From contig OZ245040.1 of assembly GCA_965224195.1 (NCBI GenBank), forward strand, positions 704,001 through 768,000: a DNA stretch of 64,000 bases. Reading direction: 5' to 3'. The notes beneath the pieces are model-generated. The model searched no databases and was not told the origin of the DNA. It worked only from the letters and a program-made list of their open reading frames with translations. Both the position numbers and the translations under genes were made by a program. Source of the stretch: Nitrosopumilus sp. (GTDB lineage: Archaea; Thermoproteota; Nitrososphaeria; Nitrososphaerales; Nitrosopumilaceae). Below are positions 1 through 10,205 of the stretch, one piece after another (within the stretch, counting starts at the first letter, position 1; each line of letters starts with the position of its first letter).

Positions 1-3000
1 GAAAGCTTGGAGTGGGCTGGAAACTCTCCTTTAGGATGTTTTCTACTGTCTTTCCTATTGAGGTCATTGCCTCCCTGACTGACTCGGCAGTTACTTGATA
101 CTCTACTGTCTTGTCTTTCTCAACATAAAACAGCGTGGCCTTTGCTGGCAGCTCCCCCTTTAGTTCCTCGACTGCCTTTGCGTAGATGTTTAGCTGCGGA
201 TCAACAACTGCGTCTTTTTTGGATTTTGAAGACGAGCCGGACTTGAAATCCACCACTTCAAATCTCCCTTCGGGATTCTTTTCCAACCTGTCTATTCTTC
301 CAGTAAACACCACATTTGCAATGCTGACCTCAAATGACAGCTCTGTATCAACTAGCGTATTCTGTGCAGCCTCTTCCCATTTCAGGTACGTGTCAATCAT
401 CCTCTCGGCACGGCCCATTGCCTTGGTCTCATCTGTCTGGTTCTTGTAGGAGTGAAATATCCACTTTTCTTTTAGCTTTTCAAGTGCCACATCTAGGGTT
501 ATTTTTTTGCCTTTTGCCTTTTCATTTGCCATCTCTTCTGTCATGGAATGAATCACTGTTCCAAGGTCCAGTGAGGCGCTGTGAGGTTGGGGAACGCGCA
601 GTATCTTTTGAAACTTGAACTTTAAAGGACAGTCATTGTAGGCTTTTATGCTGCTGGCTGACAGTGAAAACTCTTCTGTGTTTATCAGGGGCTGTCTCTT
701 TCTGACAATCTCTGATGACAAATCCAGTTCATCAACATCAATCTTTAGGATGGTTGCAGGATCAAAGCCGTCAAGACTTTCGTGCCTTTCATAGTGCTTG
801 ATCCTTGACAGCTCCACGATTCTGTGCATTGCAGTGGTAAGATGCTGCTGGCTGATTGCACTTGCAGCCTCTCTCTGGAGCGACTCTTTTTTTCTTTGAA
901 CAGCATCTTCGGATTCTATGTTGAAATTCTCAGACTCGTCAAACTCTACTGTCTCTATTAGGGGATTATCCTCATAGTTTAGCTCACAAAGAAACTGTGA
1001 TGGCTGCTTCTCATTTACATTGCCTGCATATCTTTTCGGGTACAGCAGGTACAGCACATCCATTGTCCTAGTTGCGGCGACATAAAACAGGCGCCGCTCC
1101 TCATCTGTGTGCAATACTTTAGAGTCTGCTGTCCTGCCTGCCCCCTTCATCAGTTCTACAGGTATGGTAAAGACCGATTCTTTCCATGATCCGGGGAACC
1201 TGCCGTCTGCCAAGTCCGTCACAAACACAATCGGAAACTCTTTTCCCTTGCTTTTGTGCATTGTCAGGACATTTACAGTGTCCTCTGGTGTAAAGTCCTC
1301 CACTTCTATCTCAAAGTTCCCGATGATTGACAGGTGCTCTATAAAGTCCGATACTGAACTTGCAGGATTGATATCTTGAAACTCTTGGGCAATTTCGTAA
1401 AACTTGTTGAGCAGCAGAATGTTCTTTCTGTCAAATGGCTTTTCTGAGTTGATGGACTTTTTGTATATGCCTGAGATCTCAAATATTATTTTGTAAACTA
1501 GCTCACTTGTTGTTAAATGACCTGCGATGCGGATCACATTGTCAATCTGCTCAATTAACTCAGCTATCTCTGATTTTTGTGTTATCCTAAAATCCATGTG
1601 CTGTCTTACTGTGTATAGGACAAAGTCATGTTCTTCGCCGTAGACATGCCTTGCTTTTTTGTGAGCCGCATTTGTCAGCACTGCAATGTTTTGCTCATGT
1701 ATGCCGTGGCTTTTTAGCAGTCTGTAAACCTCCACTCCTGAGGTTGCAGAAGAGGCTGCAATCTTTAGAAACGCCACAAGATCCAAAATTGCCCTGTTGG
1801 CAAAGATATCAGTCTCGCCTACAAATGTGGCAGGAATCCCAAATGACCTTAGCGCATTTGTAAACTTTTGGCCCTCTGCATTCCTTCTTGACAGAATTGC
1901 AATGTCTTTGTATGCAATGGGTGATGTGACTCCGTCCTTTCGCTCCAGGGGTTTGCCCAGCATGTCCTGTATGGTCTTTGCGACAAACTCTATCTGGCCT
2001 TTGTCTGTGTGGGTAGTGACTACCTGGACTGGCATGCCGTCTTTTTCTTCAGAAAAGAGTGTTTTTAACTCTCTGTTCTGAATTGGATTTAGAATTTGAA
2101 TTGCAAGATCTGTGATGTTTTTTGTACTTCGATAGTTTCGACTGATATCTATCTTTTTAAAATTTGGAAAACTCTTCTGAAAATCTTTGAATATTCCAAA
2201 AAACGCGCCCTGAAACCTCATGATACACTGGTCGCCATCGCCCACCACTGTGACGTTGCCTTCCTTGCCAAGAATCTTGACCAGACTTAGCTGCGAAAAG
2301 TTGTTGTCTTGAAATTCATCTACTAGTATATACTTGAACCTGTCAAGATATTCTTGCAGTAGCACCTCGTCTTTTTCAAGTATCTCTATTGCCTTGGTTA
2401 CCATGTCATCAAAGTCAATAAGGCCCTTGCCTTCTCGGTATTTTTCATATTCTGTATAGACTTTGTTGAACTCGTAAAGTCTGTGAAGGGACTTTGACTG
2501 CTTTTTTATTTTTGCATCGTCCTGATCTGAATGTTCTAATTTTGCCATGCTTGCCTGTATGTATTTTTCAAGCTCGTCTGGTTTGATTCGCTCTTTTTTA
2601 AAGAAGCCAATGGCCCTAAGAACCAGCGTGTATGTCTGTATCTGATTGTTTCCGATATTGAGATAGTCTTGGTTGAAATCAAACCTGTCGGTGTTTTTGA
2701 TGCACCAAACCATCTGGGATGTCTTCCTGAAAATTTTTGCATCCCTGTTCAGCCCTGATTCCATAAAGTTGTCTTCTAGAATCTCCTTTGCAAAAGAATG
2801 AAACGTGCTGACTTTTGCATCCAGTATTCCTGATTTTTTTAGACGCTGTTTCATTTCACCTGCAGCCTTTTCTGTAAAGGTCATACAGAGAATAGATTGT
2901 GGTGGAATTCCAGACATGACAAGATTTTTGACCTTTTCTGTCAATACAAGCGTCTTTCCGCTGCCTGGTCCTGCAATTATTTGCAGCGGTCCATCTGTGT

Positions 3001-3040
3001 GAGATGCGGCTTGCAGCTGCTGTGAATTTAGCTCAACCAT
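1..3040 (-). CDS. ATP-dependent UvrD/PcrA-like helicase fused to a C-terminal PD-(D/E)XK nuclease (AddA/AdnA-like); runs off the window start
   Basis: Manual translation from ATG at 3040 (MVELNSQQLQAASHTDGPLQIIAGPGSGKT) gives MTFTEKAA, VDEFQD, VGDGDQ, NYRS, TMHKSKGKEF, EERRLFYVAATR, then YNDCPLKF and GRIDRLE...VVDFKSG. It is missing from the ORF track because no stop lies in the window. Confidence 0.9.
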   Translation of the reverse strand, partial: MVELNSQQLQAASHTDGPLQIIAGPGSGKTLVLTEKVKNLVMSGIPPQSILCMTFTEKAAGEMKQRLKKSGILDAKVSTFHSFAKEILEDNFMESGLNRDAKIFRKTSQMVWCIKNTDRFDFNQDYLNIGNNQIQTYTLVLRAIGFFKKERIKPDELEKYIQASMAKLEHSDQDDAKIKKQSKSLHRLYEFNKVYTEYEKYREGKGLIDFDDMVTKAIEILEKDEVLLQEYLDRFKYILVDEFQDNNFSQLSLVKILGKEGNVTVVGDGDQCIMRFQGAFFGIFKDFQKSFPNFKKIDISRNYRSTKNITDLAIQILNPIQNRELKTLFSEEKDGMPVQVVTTHTDKGQIEFVAKTIQDMLGKPLERKDGVTSPIAYKDIAILSRRNAEGQKFTNALRSFGIPATFVGETDIFANRAILDLVAFLKIAASSATSGVEVYRLLKSHGIHEQNIAVLTNAAHKKARHVYGEEHDFVLYTVRQHMDFRITQKSEIAELIEQIDNVIRIAGHLTTSELVYKIIFEISGIYKKSINSEKPFDRKNILLLNKFYEIAQEFQDINPASSVSDFIEHLSIIGNFEIEVEDFTPEDTVNVLTMHKSKGKEFPIVFVTDLADGRFPGSWKESVFTIPVELMKGAGRTADSKVLHTDEERRLFYVAATRTMDVLYLLYPKRYAGNVNEKQPSQFLCELNYEDNPLIETVEFDESENFNIESEDAVQRKKESLQREAASAISQQHLTTAMHRIVELSRIKHYERHESLDGFDPATILKIDVDELDLSSEIVRKRQPLINTEEFSLSASSIKAYNDCPLKFKFQKILRVPQPHSASLDLGTVIHSMTEEMANEKAKGKKITLDVALEKLKEKWIFHSYKNQTDETKAMGRAERMIDTYLKWEEAAQNTLVDTELSFEVSIANVVFTGRIDRLEKNPEGRFEVVDFKSGSSSKSKKDAVVDPQLNIYAKAVEELKGELPAKATLFYVEKDKTVEYQVTAESVREAMTSIGKTVENILKESFQPTPSF

Positions 3041-3143
3041 GTGTCTGTGATTATATGATGACATACTAAAAGTTTACAGCGTGCATGTGTGGATGAGTTT
3101 ACATGCCTGGTCTTACCGTGAAGTGTTCTGATGGTGTGGTTTA

Positions 3144-6100
3144 CGTAACATTTTGGTTACGGAAATTCCTCCCATCAGGGGAGGTTCAGGTCAATACAGT
3201 ATGGGCTTCAATGGGGCCGTAACATTTTGGTTACGGAAATTGGGGAAAATGACATATACAATATATACTGTATATACGCTTCAATGGGGCCGTAACATTT
3301 TGGTTACGGAAATTGCATGGACCTCCAGATATAATTTACTCAACTTGTTCCGGCTTCAATGGGGCCGTAACATTTTGGTTACGGAAATGTATCTAATGGT
3401 CTTGGACCTGGACTTTTCTCACGAGCTTCAATGGGGCCGTAACATTTTGGTTACGGAAATTTGCGGAGATTTTCATCATTTCTTGCAAGAGTTGTATAGC
3501 TTCAATGGGGCCGTAACATTTTGGTTACGGAAATTATGGGTTAACCGTCTGGATGATTTGGAAGAAGTGTAGCTTCAATGGGGCCGTAACATTTTGGTTA
3601 CGGAAATTGCCTGGCCGGATATTTTTAGAATGCGGCGTATCCGGGCTTCAATGGGGCCGTAACATTTTGGTTACGGAAATTAATCACTCCCTGCTGCCAC
3701 TACCAGCAGATGACACAGCTTCAATGGGGCCGTAACATTTTGGTTACGGAAATCACGGGATGGAGTATAAACGATATTGAGCATTCTGCTTCAATGGGGC
3801 CGTAACATTTTGGTTACGGAAATAAGATGGCCAAGAAGAAGAGGCAGCACCAGCACCAGGCTTCAATGGGGCCGTAACATTTTGGTTACGGAAATCGTTG
3901 TAGATATCACCGGTGACAGAGTCTTCGTCTAGCTTCAATGGGGCCGTAACATTTTGGTTACGGAAATTTATCTGCCGTAATTTCAATTGAATCAATTGCA
4001 GTCTGCTTCAATGGGGCCGTAACATTTTGGTTACGGAAATCAGGTACCAGCATGGGCATAACTGACATGGTGGGCAAGCTTCAATGGGGCCGTAACATTT
4101 TGGTTACGGAAATTAGATTAGTTCTGCGTTGTTTCCTTCTCGGCATATTGGCTTCAATGGGGCCGTAACATTTTGGTTACGGAAATAAAAATTGACATAC
4201 ACTATGCCAATTTCCAGATTGGTAAGCTTCAATGGGGCCGTAACATTTTGGTTACGGAAATATCCCACTGTTGCCAGTGATGACACGTGTGACATCCTTG
4301 CTTCAATGGGGCCGTAACATTTTGGTTACGGAAATTGTGTCGACTATGATGGGGAGGATGTGCAGTATGTCTAAGCTTCAATGGGGCCGTAACATTTTGG
4401 TTACGGAAATAAAAAAGAAGTGGGTGAACCACGGTTATCATTTATTAGCTTCAATGGGGCCGTAACATTTTGGTTACGGAAATATTTCAGGTCTGCTTTT
4501 CTCAAGGTTGCACCGGGTTGCTTCAATGGGGCCGTAACATTTTGGTTACGGAAATAAATCATACGGGCCTTGAAGCGACCCGCTGCAAAGCAAGCTTCAA
4601 TGGGGCCGTAACATTTTGGTTACGGAAATTATTCCTGGCAGATGTCATGGACAAAATCAGTGGTCATGCTTCAATGGGGCCGTAACATTTTGGTTACGGA
4701 AATTAGGAACACCTGCATAACAGTAAGACATTTATCCGTAGCTTCAATGGGGCCGTAACATTTTGGTTACGGAAATGTGTCTCGCTCAAGCAGTGTCTTT
4801 GTTACGTCATTGTCTGAGCTTCAATGGGGCCGTAACATTTTGGTTACGGAAATCGTTTTGTGGTGACGTGTACCTGTTGGCACCGGTGTGCTTCAATGGG
4901 GCCGTAACATTTTGGTTACGGAAATCAGGGAGCTTTCTCGGGATACCGGTCAGCTTGGCTTTGCTTCAATGGGGCCGTAACATTTTGGTTACGGAAATCA
5001 TGCTATTCCGACGTGGTAGGTGTATCTACGAATTGCTTCAATGGGGCCGTAACATTTTGGTTACGGAAATCATATCTGAGATTTGCTCCTTCCAGATCTG
5101 TGCCAATGCTTCAATGGGGCCGTAACATTTTGGTTACGGAAATCATATGATATCGGGTATGGCCGTCCAATGTCCTCGGGCTTCAATGGGGCCGTAACAT
5201 TTTGGTTACGGAAATGGGATGAAGTACGGGCAAAAATAAATCGTGCAACCATGCTTCAATGGGGCCGTAACATTTTGGTTACGGAAATATGGCTACAAAG
5301 TCATAACTGTAATGGTGGTTAACGCGCTTCAATGGGGCCGTAACATTTTGGTTACGGAAATTAATGCTGAGTTGTTAACCAAATTCACATTCGTAAAGCT
5401 TCAATGGGGCCGTAACATTTTGGTTACGGAAATCGGTATCGAAACCTATCACAAGCCCAACCCTGAAAACTAGCTTCAATGGGGCCGTAACATTTTGGTT
5501 ACGGAAATCCGGTGGTGATTCTGCAATAGCTGATAGTTACACATTGCTTCAATGGGGCCGTAACATTTTGGTTACGGAAATCAGTTAAGATGACGGATTA
5601 TATAGATCAGTCCGAAATCGGCTTCAATGGGGCCGTAACATTTTGGTTACGGAAATCATTGCGTATACAGCGTGCTCATGTGCTTTTCAATGGCTTCAAT
5701 GGGGCCGTAACATTTTGGTTACGGAAATCACCTGACGGAGGAGTTGATGGCGGTGATGGTGATGGGCTTCAATGGGGCCGTAACATTTTGGTTACGGAAA
5801 TTTGTCAGGGCGAGTGAGACGAGGGTTGGCACGTATGCTTCAATGGGGCCGTAACATTTTGGTTACGGAAATTCGGCAGATAGACGGAGTGTTATGATGC
5901 CAGTCGAACCGCTTCAATGGGGCCGTAACATTTTGGTTACGGAAATCAAAGGACATATGTACTGCCCAAAATGTCGCAGACCTGCTTCAATGGGGCCGTA
6001 ACATTTTGGTTACGGAAATTAACCCAGGGATTCCCGGCGTAATCGATGGAGTTGTGCTTCAATGGGGCCGTAACATTTTGGTTACGGAAATCCGAGACTC

Positions 6101-9100
6101 TTGACATTGCGGAATCGCTTGGATCAAGCTTCAATGGGGCCGTAACATTTTGGTTACGGAAATTGCCTGTACCAAGATGTGATTTTATCGAGGGCATCCT
6201 TGCTTCAATGGGGCCGTAACATTTTGGTTACGGAAATCCGTAAAGGCTGCTGACCAGTGGAGGTCTAGTATCTAAGCTTCAATGGGGCCGTAACATTTTG
6301 GTTACGGAAATAATGCAAAGGCATGATTCATGAAATGGGTTACAGTCTGCTTCAATGGGGCCGTAACATTTTGGTTACGGAAATCTGAACCGATTGCCGC
6401 GTATGCCTTTTCTTTCTTCTTGGCTTCAATGGGGCCGTAACATTTTGGTTACGGAAATGCGTATATAGCAGTTATAATTTCAGAAACAGAATATGCTTCA
6501 ATGGGGCCGTAACATTTTGGTTACGGAAATTTATAGCTCATGACATTGTCAGTGTGGAAGTCATTTAGCTTCAATGGGGCCGTAACATTTTGGTTACGGA
6601 AATGCACCAAAAAAAGGGTAACTTGGGTGTTTACAATTCTGCTTCAATGGGGCCGTAACATTTTGGTTACGGAAATCGAGTTAACCCCATGTCTAGGGTC
6701 GTGGTGTCAAGAGCTTCAATGGGGCCGTAACATTTTGGTTACGGAAATTCAGATGCAAATGGGGAAATTGTCATGGGCGCAGAATAGCTTCAATGGGGCC
6801 GTAACATTTTGGTTACGGAAATATCGCCGTTGCCAGTGTGCCACCTACAGTATCTCTCGCTTCAATGGGGCCGTAACATTTTGGTTACGGAAATAAAATT
6901 CGGAAACAACTAGAGCAGGACAAACTGAATAGCTTCAATGGGGCCGTAACATTTTGGTTACGGAAATATTTCCACAACGGAAACGTTGTGGCCCCATTGA
7001 AATAGCTTCAATGGGGCCGTAACATTTTGGTTACGGAAATCAGAAAAGGCTAGACGTGTATTTGACAGCAGGAGCATGCTTCAATGGGGCCGTAACATTT
7101 TGGTTACGGAAATTCACGGAAAATATGCCGACATTCGCTTAACGCCTCACGCTTCAATGGGGCCGTAACATTTTGGTTACGGAAATCAAAAATTAATGCT
7201 TGGAAATAAGTTCTCAAATCTAAGTGCTTCAATGGGGCCGTAACATTTTGGTTACGGAAATCAAAATTGCAGAATAAATGTCAAGTTCTTCCAGCTTGCT
7301 TCAATGGGGCCGTAACATTTTGGTTACGGAAATCACAAGGGAGCCACAACATATAAGCCCAGTTATTATAGCTTCAATGGGGCCGTAACATTTTGGTTAC
7401 GGAAATATGCCAATGTTTGCACGACCAGTTACAAACTTGTTCTCTCGCTTCAATGGGGCCGTAACATTTTGGTTACGGAAATTTGCAGGATGCCGTATCT
7501 GAGACGGAGACTAATTGAGCTTCAATGGGGCCGTAACATTTTGGTTACGGAAATCAGTTGGGCCTTTATTTCTCTGACCAGGTTGGCAGTGCTTCAATGG
7601 GGCCGTAACATTTTGGTTACGGAAATTCAGATTTGCTCCAAACATTTCTGCCCCTCTCAGAGCTTCAATGGGGCCGTAACATTTTGGTTACGGAAATCTA
7701 AAGAATTCAGGCAGTAAATCCGCCATATCTATCGCTTCAATGGGGCCGTAACATTTTGGTTACGGAAATTAGAAGATAGAGTGCGATTAAATGTTTGGTA
7801 GGGCATTAGCTTCAATGGGGCCGTAACATTTTGGTTACGGAAATACAGTAATTCCTGAAAAAGTGAATACTGCTGAACTAGCTTCAATGGGGCCGTAACA
7901 TTTTGGTTACGGAAATTCGAGCCATCAATGTTTGACAAATTCGTTCTACTGTGCTTCAATGGGGCCGTAACATTTTGGTTACGGAAATACGGGATATTGA
8001 TTCATTAACTCGTCAACGATTCTGAGCTTCAATGGGGCCGTAACATTTTGGTTACGGAAATTTTGGTTTCTTCGGATGTTTTCAGCGCACTAATTCCGTG
8101 CTTCAATGGGGCCGTAACATTTTGGTTACGGAAATCGATAGGTGATGACCTAGATAATGTCATAATTGATTAGCTTCAATGGGGCCGTAACATTTTGGTT
8201 ACGGAAATAAATCTGTTGCATTCAGCCAATAATGTGCTCCAACAGCTTCAATGGGGCCGTAACATTTTGGTTACGGAAATGCGGAAAACAAACAAAGCAC
8301 ATCACTCGAAAAAGAACAGCTTCAATGGGGCCGTAACATTTTGGTTACGGAAATCTCACAAGATTTACAGGTTAATCCGCCAAGTTAACTGCTTCAATGG
8401 GGCCGTAACATTTTGGTTACGGAAATTTGCAAAGCCAACCATATGCAAACCGTCTTGAATCGTCAAGAGCTTCAATGGGGCCGTAACATTTTGGTTACGG
8501 AAATTTATAACAATTCAAACATTGCTGAAGACTCTGACCTGCTTCAATGGGGCCGTAACATTTTGGTTACGGAAATCTTGAAAGGCGCAAATCTAAAAGG
8601 AGCAAACCTAGTGCTTCAATGGGGCCGTAACATTTTGGTTACGGAAATTCGGTTATAATCTCTGATTGTCATTAGTCCTCTTATCGCTTCAATGGGGCCG
8701 TAACATTTTGGTTACGGAAATCTGATACGTCGATGTCGATTGATGCCTTTCTTTTGCCGCTTCAATGGGGCCGTAACATTTTGGTTACGGAAATTTAGTC
8801 CAAAACTGGATTAACAGAAATTCCTCAAAGCTTCAATGGGGCCGTAACATTTTGGTTACGGAAATTTGACATAGTGGCTATCAAATTAGTGGCTCCTTGC
8901 ATATGCTTCAATGGGGCCGTAACATTTTGGTTACGGAAATAGGTCAAGATGGTTTAGAAATCATTGTTTTTTATAAGCTTCAATGGGGCCGTAACATTTT
9001 GGTTACGGAAATAAAATACAAACGAGGACTAAAAGCAGCTAGCACTGCAGCTTCAATGGGGCCGTAACATTTTGGTTACGGAAATCAGTTGATGAACTGA

Positions 9101-9740
9101 ACCAGAGTTCAGTTTTAGTCAGCTTCAATGGGGCCGTAACATTTTGGTTACGGAAATTCGGAACGATTGTAATAATTACAAGTGACCCGAAAAGCTTCAA
9201 TGGGGCCGTAACATTTTGGTTACGGAAATCTAATCCGTCTTGGGAATATGCTTTTTGACCGTGGATCTGCTTCAATGGGGCCGTAACATTTTGGTTACGG
9301 AAATGATGTGTATGCGTGCCTGTACCAAGATATAATTTTGTGCTTCAATGGGGCCGTAACATTTTGGTTACGGAAATCATGGAATTTTATTACACTGCAG
9401 TATCACGAGGGAGGCTTCAATGGGGCCGTAACATTTTGGTTACGGAAATTTATGCAGGTCACATGTGTTCGCTGTGGATACACAAAGCTTCAATGGGGCC
9501 GTAACATTTTGGTTACGGAAATGTGCAGTAGGTCTACCTCGACATCTACAGAATTATAGCTTCAATGGGGCCGTAACATTTTGGTTACGGAAATTTTTTC
9601 CAGCAAAAAATTGAAAAGAGATACACAACTAAGCTTCAATGGGGCCGTAACATTTTGGTTACGGAAATTCCGAGTACCCTCACGGAGTTAGAACTGAGTG
9701 AGTAGCTTCAATGGGGCCGTAACATTTTGGTTACGGAAAT
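3144..9740 (-). CRISPR. CRISPR array: 90 full 36-bp repeats plus one truncated trailer repeat, 90 spacers (mostly 36-39 bp)
   Basis: On + the repeat is GCTTCAATGGGGCCGTAACATTTTGGTTACGGAAAT (first full copy 3205-3240, last 9705-9740). On - it is ATTTCCGTAACCAAAATGTTACGGCCCCATTGAAGC, with stem CCGTAAC/GTTACGG and an ATTGAAGC 3' end. The truncated copy at 3144-3166 and the AT-rich leader next to cas2 give minus orientation. Units were counted by hand. Confidence 0.98.
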
Positions 9741-9911
9741 AGCAGAAATTGTGCTCAAGTTTTTACTATTTGTATAATTATACATACGTTTGTTTATTTA
9801 CTTCACAATATGTTGTTAACTATAAAAACCAATTTTTAGTTTTTCATAGATCTTATATTGTTATGACAAGCGCTTCTGCATGTGTACGTCATCACATCGT
9901 CCCTCGTCAAG
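9741..9911 (-). promoter_or_regulatory. CRISPR leader
   Basis: AT-rich non-coding stretch between the cas2 stop and the first repeat. It has a TATA-like TTTTTATA on - near 9821-9828 and the palindrome TGTATAATTATACA at 9771-9784. Confidence 0.8.
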
Positions 9912-10202
9912 TTATATTATTATTGCAGACTCTTTTTTTGTGTTTATCGGTTCACCTAGTGTGCTTATACAATTTTTACCTCTACCATCAACAGGTCCAA
10001 CATCAATTATTAAAACTCTGTCTTCTTTTAAATTTAATATCTCTTTTAGATCCCCTTTCATTAGAACCAATTCCTTTGGATTTACATCGCACATAAATAC
10101 AGAATATTGAACCGGTATGCCATAACCGTTCATTTTTTTGTATGTATCTGCAAGTCGTCTAGGCTCACTCACATCATAACATACAAAATATCTATTACGC
10201 AA
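9912..10202 (-). CDS. cas2: CRISPR-associated endonuclease Cas2
   Basis: 96 aa with YFVCYDVS...RRL and VQYSVFMC motifs; directly follows cas1. Confidence 0.95.
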   Translation of the reverse strand: MRNRYFVCYDVSEPRRLADTYKKMNGYGIPVQYSVFMCDVNPKELVLMKGDLKEILNLKEDRVLIIDVGPVDGRGKNCISTLGEPINTKKESAIII

Positions 10203-10205
10203 TAA

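Noticed and set aside
186-3002. Short ORFs suggesting a fragmented region or helicase pseudogene
   Set aside because: They are shadows of one continuous minus-strand reading frame that is omitted from the track because it runs off the window.
3167-3204. The oldest spacer has a hairpin CCTCCC-ATCAG-GGGAGG followed by TTCA, resembling an IS200/IS605 right end
   Set aside because: Too short to distinguish from chance without a database match.
3153-9559. Many ORFs with recurring FNGAVTFWLRK, LQWGRNILVTE or FRNQNVTAPLK peptides
   Set aside because: These are translations of the CRISPR repeat, not proteins.
3167-9704. Self-targeting spacers against genes in this window
   Set aside because: None were noticed by eye. 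An exhaustive alignment was not possible, so this is untested rather than excluded.
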